Of a stretch of DNA of 64,000 bases, positions 36,745-44,789 are shown in pieces. This DNA comes from Promethearchaeia archaeon. GTDB lineage: Archaea > Asgardarchaeota > Lokiarchaeia > Sigyniarchaeales > SOKP01. The first letter of the stretch is position 1. Each line of letters starts with the position of its first letter. The stretch spans positions 1 through 64,000 of the forward strand of contig JAWOCD010000080.1 in the NCBI GenBank assembly GCA_046483985.1. The letters run 5' to 3'. Both the position numbers and the translations under genes were made by a program. The notes under the pieces are model-generated. The model saw nothing but the letters and a program-made list of their open reading frames with translations. It ran no database searches and was not told where the DNA came from.

Positions 36745-38770
36745 TTATAGAGTCCCCATTGGGGATCTCCAGGATGATATCATCTAGAGATAAAATTTCG
36801 ACCCATTTTTTCATTTCTTCTTCCGCTTGTTTAAAAAATTGATTTTTTATTTTTTTCGCCAACTTGCCCTTAGACATACCATTGCTTAGAGGTTTCATAG
36901 TTAAAGAAATATCGGATCGTTTTTGTATAGCCGAATCAGGACCGCAAATGACTTTTGGATAGAATACATCCACATCGTCGGTTGGTCGATTTTCAATTTT
37001 AACAAATTTAAGGCCAATTTCTAGTTCTGTTTTAACATGTCGGATAAACTCTTTTTTACCTGTGATCATAAAGCTTCCTTTCTTGAGATACTCCCCCGAT
37101 GGAGGATTTTTTGAAACTTGATCGGGGGTTACATAAAAAACATCTGCATATCCCCAACATTCTTTCCATGCAATAGAATAACTAGCCACGAACTGGGCTG
37201 TTTCTTTAACAGTTTGTTCGGGTATTTTTTGATCTTCTGGATTCTTAACAACTGCTAAAGGGGAACCAGGAAAATCAGTATGGAAAACTAAATCGTTTTT
37301 CTCAATATATTTGCGATATATTGCTTCATTAGATGAGGCATCTCTCCCTCCAACGACCAGAAATCCTTCTGAAGAGAAAAACGAGTGATATTTTTCAAAC
37401 CATTTCTTTTCAGGTTTTTTAACCAAGAAATCAACCTCGTCCTTTTCTAATTCTTCTTTCTTCTGTAATTTTCTAATTTTTTGCTCAGTTTTTTTAATAG
37501 CGTTTTTTGTTCCTTCCAATTTTTGTGCAGATTTTTTTCCTCTGGAATAAATCATCGAAGCGTTCTCCCCTATGGATTTATTTAAAGAGAGATATACCTC
37601 ATCACCGTTAATTTCTATTACCACTTGTTTTTTTGCAGGAATTAATTTTTTAAAATATTGAGCGCCTTCCATATTCTCTTGTTTAGCAAATTCCATCTTT
37701 CTTTCAATTTCATCCCAATCATACTCTTTTTTCCTTGCCTCTGAAATAACATTTAATAAATTTTGAAGTGAATTGAAATGAGCATAAATAAAATCTCCAT
37801 GTTTATAGTAATCTTTTTTATCCTCCTTTAACTCATTTATATATTCGCGTTGATTTTTCAGAATTTTCTTTTGGGTTTGAATTTTCTTTTTTAGTTTGTT
37901 ATCAGTTGGTTTCTTTAAGCTTTTTGAGTCTAATTTTGAAAAGAATACATCAACCGCTTCGTTGAATGTGTCAAAATATTCTTTCTGATTCTTTTTAAAT
38001 TTTTCTAATTCGAACGGAAGGACAATTTTTGGTTCTCCCTCATCATCAAATACGATATTTGCTTTAATCTTACCAAAGAGAAGTTGATTTCTTAAATCTT
38101 TCAAACTTTTGTACAAGTTTTTAGTTTGATCTTCTGTGAGATTTTCTGCAAGGGTAATCTTCTTGATCCCAGCTCTAAAACACATTTCCTCGCTATAAAC
38201 ACCGGCAATATTTATTCTTCTTGCCATTATTCTTACAATTTCGCCGTCATTCTCTTCAAATAATTCTCTGAATTCTTCTAAATCTAGTTTTAAAAAATCT
38301 TTTCCATAAGATTTTGGAAATTGATATTCCTTATTAGCTAAAATCTCTCTGTTCCGAAATTTTTTATAATTTTTCGCTATTTTTACAATATTTTCTTCAT
38401 TTAGCAAGATAAAATTTCCTTTTCCGAACAATTCGATTACAAATTTCCACGGTTCATTCCCATAGTTGGACAATTTTATGACAATGATTCGATCTAATTT
38501 ATATTGGGTAATTTCCAGTATTTTTCGATTGTTTATTTTTTTTCTTATAGATTGAACGAATTGACTTGGATAGGACGGAATCGGATATTCATACTCGGTA
38601 ATATTGATTCTTGAGTCTTTTTTAACTATTAAATCCTTATTTCCGTTTACAGTATTTATTCGAATAATTAAAATATCTTCTACTTGATAGATATTATCAA
38701 TAATGCCGTTTGCTAAGAACTCATTAAGCTCCTTTGCTAAAGCAAAAACATCGAAGTTAGAAATCTCCAT
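36731..38770 (-). CDS. rqcH: Ribosome quality-control factor RqcH/NEMF (NFACT)
   Basis: DRII, ELFGKGNFIL, WFEKY..F.SSEG.LV.GGRDA..NE and QVSK.PPSGEYL.KGSFMI.GK. Confidence 0.95.
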   Translation of the reverse strand: MEISNFDVFALAKELNEFLANGIIDNIYQVEDILIIRINTVNGNKDLIVKKDSRINITEYEYPIPSYPSQFVQSIRKKINNRKILEITQYKLDRIIVIKLSNYGNEPWKFVIELFGKGNFILLNEENIVKIAKNYKKFRNREILANKEYQFPKSYGKDFLKLDLEEFRELFEENDGEIVRIMARRINIAGVYSEEMCFRAGIKKITLAENLTEDQTKNLYKSLKDLRNQLLFGKIKANIVFDDEGEPKIVLPFELEKFKKNQKEYFDTFNEAVDVFFSKLDSKSLKKPTDNKLKKKIQTQKKILKNQREYINELKEDKKDYYKHGDFIYAHFNSLQNLLNVISEARKKEYDWDEIERKMEFAKQENMEGAQYFKKLIPAKKQVVIEINGDEVYLSLNKSIGENASMIYSRGKKSAQKLEGTKNAIKKTEQKIRKLQKKEELEKDEVDFLVKKPEKKWFEKYHSFFSSEGFLVVGGRDASSNEAIYRKYIEKNDLVFHTDFPGSPLAVVKNPEDQKIPEQTVKETAQFVASYSIAWKECWGYADVFYVTPDQVSKNPPSGEYLKKGSFMITGKKEFIRHVKTELEIGLKFVKIENRPTDDVDVFYPKVICGPDSAIQKRSDISLTMKPLSNGMSKGKLAKKIKNQFFKQAEEEMKKWVEILSLDDIILEIPNGDSIIKYD

Positions 38771-38849
38771 ATTCTCGTTCTTATAAAAAGATGCTTTAAA
38801 AAAAAATTTTTTGAATCATGGAAAATTTTCTAAGTTTAGAGAATAGAAA

Positions 38850-39269
38850 ATGACAAATAAGAAAAAATTAGAAAAACGAGATATTAGAAAAAAGCGCCAA
38901 CGTCTATTAAAAAAGCGGAGAAAAAAATATGGGACGAAAGACATTGAGGAAGATGATGAGGTTCCCGATGATAAAATGGAATTAATATTTCAACGAGAGA
39001 CAAAGTTATATTGGATCAGGGCCGTGACGGGGGCAGTGAGTGCTCTTGTCGGTAGGTTATTTCTAGGCCTAGTAGGGTGGTGGTTGCTATTATTTATGGT
39101 GTGTATGTGGTTTGGTTTCCCTTTTCTTGTAAATTTCGTTTTATTAGGATATGGTTATGATAAAGAAGATTGGAACTGGAAAAATATAATAAAGCCTGGA
39201 ATTGGTATTTACTTCTTTCTCTTTATGATTGTTGGAGTATTTATCCACACGCTATTACAATTTGTGTAA
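38850..39269 (+). CDS. EMC6/RAB5IF-like three-TM protein
   Basis: LYWIR at the start of TM1 and W..IIK.G...YF.LFMIV.VF..T at the C-terminus resemble the Rab5ip family. Confidence 0.65.
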   Translation: MTNKKKLEKRDIRKKRQRLLKKRRKKYGTKDIEEDDEVPDDKMELIFQRETKLYWIRAVTGAVSALVGRLFLGLVGWWLLLFMVCMWFGFPFLVNFVLLGYGYDKEDWNWKNIIKPGIGIYFFLFMIVGVFIHTLLQFV

Positions 39270-39290
39270 GTTCTATTCTCAAACTAAAAT

Positions 39291-39794
39291 TCAATAAAAA
39301 GTTTGTTTCACTCTTTTTTGTGGTTTTTCTTTTCGTTTAAAAATTATCTCATTTAATCTATACACTCTACCGCAATAGGCACATTGAATTTTCAAGGGTT
39401 TTTTTTCTAACACCTTAAATTCCGTATCGATAGGCTCTTTGGGAGAATTTGTTATACAATTTCTATTGACACAGATAATTAACTTTTTAATTACTTTGGG
39501 GATTTTAACTTGTTTCTTCTCGATAACCTTATAATTATTTATTAGAGAGATTGTAGCATTAGGGGCTAATATGGAGATTTGCTGCATTTGCACCTCATTT
39601 AAAAAAACTCCCTCTATTTTTACAATATCCTTAGTGCCATACTTATTAGAAGAAACATTAACTCCAATGGTCATTAAGTTTTCAGTTTCATCTAAGCCTG
39701 TCAAATTTAAAATTGTTAAGGCGTAACCAGCGTCAATATGGTCTATCACAGTGCCTTTGTAAATTCTGTCAATTCTTAATTTTTTTTCACTCAA
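39291..39794 (-). CDS. pyrI: Aspartate carbamoyltransferase regulatory chain
   Basis: GTVIDHI.AG, KD.VKIE, AP.AT...I; Zn site C.N.NC...C.YC. Confidence 0.97.
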   Translation of the reverse strand: MSEKKLRIDRIYKGTVIDHIDAGYALTILNLTGLDETENLMTIGVNVSSNKYGTKDIVKIEGVFLNEVQMQQISILAPNATISLINNYKVIEKKQVKIPKVIKKLIICVNRNCITNSPKEPIDTEFKVLEKKPLKIQCAYCGRVYRLNEIIFKRKEKPQKRVKQTFY

Positions 39795-39874
39795 TTTTTA
39801 ACATCCTTCTCCTTTTTAGAAATATTTATTATTATTATCATAAAAAATTATTCATTAATTAATTAATATCCAAT

Positions 39875-40966
39875 TCAAGCAATGAATATTGCGATAAAGA
39901 AAAGAACGGTGGTTACTAACACATTATAGCTCAAATTATCATCAATATCCAGATTCAAATAATCCAGAGATCCTATAAGAAGTGAACCAATTAAGGGGAT
40001 TAAAAAGAAACCTAAAATGCTAATGATAAAGTAACCCCTCAGAAGAATAAGGATAAGAATGCCCGAAATATATGCAGTAATAATACCAGCAAATAATCCC
40101 TCATAGGTCTTGCGGGTATCTCTTATATGATGAGCTCCAAAAACCCTCCCAATTAAATTTGACGAGATATCACTTAATATTGCCATAGTCATCGTGGTGC
40201 AGATTACTAATGGCCCAATTGGTTGAAATAAACCAAATAAAATAATTATTGAAAAGCAACCAATTGCCATGGATATCTGAGGACCAAATCGCATATGTGA
40301 TTCCTTTTCCTTCTCTCTTAGAATTCTATTAACGGGTTTAAGAGGATATAATTCAGGCTTTAAAATTCTCACAATATCTGCAGTCATTAAACCGATTAAT
40401 GAAATTCCCACGAGAAAAACAACAAGATATTGGGTAAAAATCATCAATCCTTCCTTTTCCAATTCGAAAATAGGGTTAAGTATTTCTAGTATCCAAGGAT
40501 AAGAAGTAGTTAAAATATTCACTAAGAAATTTTTAACTAGAAAACCAAGAGTAAAATAAAATAAAATAATTGTAAGTACAACTAAATGAGCTAATTTTCG
40601 ATAGATATCATATTTAAGTGGTAGTTCATTAGAATCTCCCTTATTCTTATCATTTTTATCATAATTGGTTTTTTTTCTTTTTTCCCTTATCATAAGTAGA
40701 TAAAATACTGGAAGAAAAAAGGCAATAAATACTATCATCATTAAATCGAAGGGGAATATAATAAAATTTATCGATGAAATTTTCAACTGATTTACAATGA
40801 TAAAACTGACGGTTATAGCACTCAATAATACTAAGGCATTCGCAAGATTGTTTATAAATGCTCCAGACTCCTTCTTCCTTGCTAAATAAGTTATATAGCA
40901 GAGAAAAAAACAATAAAGATAAAGAAAACAAACGATAATAAATGATAAAAGCTTCAATATGTCCAA
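39875..40966 (-). CDS. CTP-dependent polyprenol/diacylglycerol kinase-like membrane protein
   Basis: RKL.H, LRE.E, D..S..IG..FG, KT.EG and IDDNL motifs. Confidence 0.85.
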   Translation of the reverse strand: MDILKLLSFIIVCFLYLYCFFLCYITYLARKKESGAFINNLANALVLLSAITVSFIIVNQLKISSINFIIFPFDLMMIVFIAFFLPVFYLLMIREKRKKTNYDKNDKNKGDSNELPLKYDIYRKLAHLVVLTIILFYFTLGFLVKNFLVNILTTSYPWILEILNPIFELEKEGLMIFTQYLVVFLVGISLIGLMTADIVRILKPELYPLKPVNRILREKEKESHMRFGPQISMAIGCFSIIILFGLFQPIGPLVICTTMTMAILSDISSNLIGRVFGAHHIRDTRKTYEGLFAGIITAYISGILILILLRGYFIISILGFFLIPLIGSLLIGSLDYLNLDIDDNLSYNVLVTTVLFFIAIFIA

Positions 40967-41097
40967 TTAAATTATTTATTTTAGTTGAAAAAGTTTCTCT
41001 TAAATTTTAAGATTTATTCAATAAAAGGAGTCTTAAAAAATAAAGAAAAATAAAGAAAAAATTATGAATTAATCTTTTATATTACCTAAAATCATAT

Positions 41098-42501
41098 CTA
41101 AAATTGAGACTCATCAATATCCGGCATATCAGCATCGTTTAAAGCTTGCTTGATCGCCTCTTCAGAAAGCTCAAAATCCTCGAGATCTCCAGTCATATAT
41201 TCTTTATACGCTTGTAAATCAAAATGTCCGTGTCCGCTGAAATTAAAGACGATAACCTTTTTTTCATTGTTCTCTTTTGCCTTTTCGGCTTGAACCATAG
41301 CTTCCTTTATAGCGTGGCAAGTTTCGGGGGCAGGAAGAATACCTTCTGCTCCAGCGAACGTTAATCCTGCTTCAATAATCTCCGTTTGGAAGTGTGTTGT
41401 GGCAGTAATTACATCATTATTATAAAGGTTAGATATAATAGGAGCAATTCCATGATATCTTAATCCTCCTGCATGGATTGGTGTCGGAATAAAATTATGC
41501 CCTAAGGTATGCATCTTCAAGATTGGAGCTTGTTTTGCAGAGTCCCCATAGTCCCATCTATACTCTCCTTTACAGACACTAGGACATGCTTTAGGTTCCA
41601 CACCGATAATTTCCACGTCGGGGAGATCTCCACGAATTTTATCTCTTGCAAAAGGAATCATGAATCCGCTAAAATTTGAACCTCCTCCCATACACCCTAT
41701 TAAGATATCCGGTTTCTCTATACCTGCTTTTTTCAGTTGTTTCTTTGTTTCTTGTCCAATCACTGTTTGATGTAAACAGACAAAATTAATCACGCTCCCT
41801 AAAGAATAACGTGCATTATCGCCCCTCAAACTATGTTCTACTGCTTCAGAGATCGCAATCCCTAAACTTCCCGGGTGATCGGGATCCTTTTCATAGTAAC
41901 TCCTTCCAGATTCTGTAAACCGTGAAGGACTTGCATGAACTTCTCCGTTATAGGATCTCATTAAAATTTTTCTACCTGGCTTTTGTAAAAAGCTGGCTCG
42001 GACCATATAAACTGTACATTTAATATTAAATAAATTACAGCCAAATGAAAGAGCCGATCCCCATTGACCTGCACCAGTTTCAGTGACTAACTCGGTCATA
42101 CCATCTTTTTTGGCATAATATGCTTGCGCTAAAGCTGTATTCGGTTTATGAGAGCCAGTTGGGGATAACGATTCATTTTTAAAATAAATCTGAATATCAT
42201 CTCCCACGACATCTAAAACATTCTCTAATGCTAACGCTCGATGTAAGGGTGAAGGACGGTAAGTTCTCGCGTAAATTTCCCTTAGTTTCTTTGGAATATC
42301 TATAAGCGGCTCTTGAGATACTTCTTGCATTACACAACTCTTTGGGAATATCTGAAAAGCCATTTCAGGTGGTGCAGGTTTCTCATCTTGTGGGTTAACT
42401 AAGGGCGTCATAGGTGTAGGTAAATCTGGTAAAATATTTACCCATTGCTTTGGAACCTCGCTTGGTTCAAGCAAGATTCTTCCATTAAAATTGTCAACCA
42501 T
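41098..42501 (-). CDS. trpB2: TrpB2 (stand-alone tryptophan synthase beta-like, indole salvage)
   Basis: GSHKPNTA PLP lysine, TETGAGQWG, GGGSNF, IHAGGLRYHG and FNFSGHG. Confidence 0.96.
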   Translation of the reverse strand: MVDNFNGRILLEPSEVPKQWVNILPDLPTPMTPLVNPQDEKPAPPEMAFQIFPKSCVMQEVSQEPLIDIPKKLREIYARTYRPSPLHRALALENVLDVVGDDIQIYFKNESLSPTGSHKPNTALAQAYYAKKDGMTELVTETGAGQWGSALSFGCNLFNIKCTVYMVRASFLQKPGRKILMRSYNGEVHASPSRFTESGRSYYEKDPDHPGSLGIAISEAVEHSLRGDNARYSLGSVINFVCLHQTVIGQETKKQLKKAGIEKPDILIGCMGGGSNFSGFMIPFARDKIRGDLPDVEIIGVEPKACPSVCKGEYRWDYGDSAKQAPILKMHTLGHNFIPTPIHAGGLRYHGIAPIISNLYNNDVITATTHFQTEIIEAGLTFAGAEGILPAPETCHAIKEAMVQAEKAKENNEKKVIVFNFSGHGHFDLQAYKEYMTGDLEDFELSEEAIKQALNDADMPDIDESQF

Positions 42502-42550
42502 TTTTAAGTAACCATTTTTTAAGTTTTGTTAAGTTTTTTAGTACACGATT

Positions 42551-42582
42551 CGTTATATTATTGGAATTCAATAATATTAACG
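42551..42582. promoter_or_regulatory. Near-perfect inverted repeat in the trpB2 leader (hairpin or operator)
   Basis: CGTTATATTATTG-GAATT-CAATAATATTAACG, with one extra T in the right arm. Confidence 0.55.
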
Positions 42583-42588
42583 CACATT

Positions 42589-42625
42589 AAAAACCATCTT
42601 TTTATCATAGAGATTATAAAAAGAT
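42589..42625 (-). terminator. Hairpin plus U-tract in the trpB2 leader
   Basis: Perfect 10-bp inverted repeat ATCTTTTTAT (42596-42605) / ATAAAAAGAT (42616-42625), followed on the minus strand by GGTTTTT. Confidence 0.5.
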
Positions 42626-42659
42626 AAAAGAAGTAAATCAATCAGGTTTAGTCCAATGC

Positions 42660-42683
42660 AAAAAGGCGTCTATTACCAACGCC
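42660..42683 (-). terminator. GC hairpin plus U5 overlapping the leader-peptide stop
   Basis: The minus strand reads GGCGU-UGGUAAUAG-ACGCC-UUUUU. Confidence 0.55.
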
Positions 42684-42726
42684 AAGGCCACTGCCAGCGC
42701 CAAAAATCTAATTTTACAGGTGCCAT
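42673..42726 (-). CDS. Trp-rich leader peptide MAPVKLDFWRWQWPWRW (candidate trpL)
   Basis: ATG at 42726, five TGG codons among the last nine, tandem TAA TAG stops. A TATA-like ATATATATAT lies ~25-35 nt upstream. The ORF ends ~170 nt before trpB2 on the same strand. Confidence 0.85.
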   Translation of the reverse strand: MAPVKLDFWRWQWPWRW

Positions 42727-42812
42727 ATGCTTTCTAAACCATTATTTAAAATATATATATTATTATTGTCCAAATTATAAAAAGTTAATGGAATAAAAAA
42801 TCCGAAGTCTGT

Positions 42813-43220
42813 TCATTCTCTCCCTTCAAAAATTTTTTCAATGCGATTTGCAGCTACCCTTGATACCTTTACAGTTTTCATTAGGGTATCAATTGTTGTA
42901 CCCGCACAAACTATAACCAAACGCTGTGCATTTGTGATAACTATATATCCATCTTCCGCGCGCACGATGATTTCAGCCAAATCTTCTTGAAACAAGGTTT
43001 TTATGGTAGATTTCCCACTAAGTACTAAACTAGCTGCTAACCCACAAAATGCATCACTCTCTACATCGTAATTGGGTAATGCACTAAATGCTATTTGGTA
43101 CCCTTCAGACGAGACTAAGGCAATTGCTTCAATTTCAGTATTTGAAGTAATAAAGCTAATTTGCGGGCTTATCTTCTCAATATCATCTTCTGTGATACCT
43201 AAATCGGAACCAAACTCCAT
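42813..43220 (-). CDS. Roadblock/LC7 domain protein
   Basis: IEAIALVSSEGY.IA and L.EIIVRAEDGYIVI pattern. Confidence 0.9.
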   Translation of the reverse strand: MEFGSDLGITEDDIEKISPQISFITSNTEIEAIALVSSEGYQIAFSALPNYDVESDAFCGLAASLVLSGKSTIKTLFQEDLAEIIVRAEDGYIVITNAQRLVIVCAGTTIDTLMKTVKVSRVAANRIEKIFEGRE

Positions 43221-43390
43221 CGAATCAAACCATAAAAAATATTTTTATTTTGTTTATAAAATCTGTTTATAAAATTAATAGAAAACTTTTATTTAAAATT
43301 TTTACTGAAGTTTAAAATTATAATTACTGCATGACTTATTAAAAAATGAAAAAAGAAAAAAATTATCAATTCTTATACAAGGCAAGGGTT

Positions 43391-43813
43391 TTATTCCATC
43401 TTAGCTAAAATTTTGCCCATTCTGGTCATTATCCCCTGCATTGCCTGAGCCAACCCTTTCATTCCGTTCTCCTGTCTTTGTGCATAATCCCTAAGAGAAT
43501 CTAAAATAGGACGTAATTGCATGACATTATTTGACATATTCTGAATGTCATTTTTCATTGTTTCAATATCTGAACCCACCTTTTTTACGACTTCCAATGA
43601 GTTACTTAATTCATTTAAATTCTCAGATAATTTTTCTGAAACATCTGACATCCCCTTGATCGTTTCAACACTATTTGATAATTCTTCTACTTGAGGACCT
43701 AATTCAGGTAAAGATTTCTTTAGTTTTTCCACTGTACTAATCAGATAACGTCGTCCACTCATGACCTCTTGTAGAGATTCTTGTATTTCTTTAAAAATGC
43801 CTTTTTCTCCCAT
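43391..43813 (-). CDS. Coiled-coil protein (GRRY motif), paralogous to the upstream gene
   Basis: Heptad pattern; N-terminus shared with 43828..44553. Confidence 0.8.
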   Translation of the reverse strand: MGEKGIFKEIQESLQEVMSGRRYLISTVEKLKKSLPELGPQVEELSNSVETIKGMSDVSEKLSENLNELSNSLEVVKKVGSDIETMKNDIQNMSNNVMQLRPILDSLRDYAQRQENGMKGLAQAMQGIMTRMGKILAKME

Positions 43814-43827
43814 TTATATTTGCCTCT

Positions 43828-44553
43828 TTATTGATTTTTCCATTTATTGATTTTTGATTTTAAAGTTTCCATATTCTTCTCATTTATCTCAACATCGCCC
43901 AGTGCCTTTAATCTGCCAGATTCCATACTTAATTCGAATAATTTAGGATCCAACGGATTTTCTTTGGATAATTTTGTTCTCAAATCATCAATCTTATTTC
44001 CAATTTCCACCGCTGTACTTCCCGCTTCTGCTGCATCCAGTATAGTATCAAATTCGGTCCCCCCGCCAGAGGCGGAGCCCGATGGTGAACTGGATGGACT
44101 TGGACTTGGCTCTGACGGTGCGGGAGATGGAGCCGATGATTGTGATGTTGATGAACTGGAGGGCGTTGGTTGCGACTTAGTGGAAGATTGTGGTTGTGGC
44201 GTGGGCGCAGTACTGGGTGCCGTAGTGGATTTTGCACTTGTAGAAACACCGCCTTCTTTTAAAGCATTTACTGCGTTTAAAGTTGTATTTGTAGTGCTAT
44301 TGAGCGAATTTACGCTGGTACTCAGATTATTAACGCTGTTTTTTAAGTTTTTCATGGAGTTAATTGCCTCTTGCATAAAGGACTTCATTTCATTAACTGC
44401 CCCAGTAATTTCGCTTAATGAATCGCCAACTGATGTATCTTGTATATCACTTACGGTTTCTTTTAATTTACCGATCTCCGCGATAATATATCTTCGTCCT
44501 AATATTACTTCATCTAATTTCTCCATTAACTGATCAAAAACTGTTTTGGACAT
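43828..44553 (-). CDS. Coiled coil + Ser/Pro/Thr linker + C-terminal helical bundle protein (GRRY motif)
   Basis: GAGGAG SD; three-part architecture visible in the translation. Confidence 0.85.
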   Translation of the reverse strand: MSKTVFDQLMEKLDEVILGRRYIIAEIGKLKETVSDIQDTSVGDSLSEITGAVNEMKSFMQEAINSMKNLKNSVNNLSTSVNSLNSTTNTTLNAVNALKEGGVSTSAKSTTAPSTAPTPQPQSSTKSQPTPSSSSTSQSSAPSPAPSEPSPSPSSSPSGSASGGGTEFDTILDAAEAGSTAVEIGNKIDDLRTKLSKENPLDPKLFELSMESGRLKALGDVEINEKNMETLKSKINKWKNQ

Positions 44554-44789
44554 ATTTATCTCCTCAATTCTTAATTTATTGAATATATTTTTTGAGCATT
44601 ATATTTCTACTTGATCATCCTAAAAAAATGTAAAAAATTCTTTAAATAATTTTAAAGCAAATTAACCAAGTAATTATATTATAATAATATTATTATAATT
44701 TTAAAATATTTAAAAATTTAAATTGGTCAAATATTATATTGATAAATGTTCATAATTTAATTGAATCATACTAATAGAGAATAGAGAAG

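Noticed and set aside
42734-42742. Mini-ORF ATG GTT TAG just upstream of the Trp leader
   Set aside because: Out of frame, two codons long, and probably at or before the transcription start.
43847-44533. 228-aa ORF on the + strand
   Set aside because: Antisense shadow of the Ser/Pro-rich minus-strand gene, which has an SD sequence and a paralogous neighbour.
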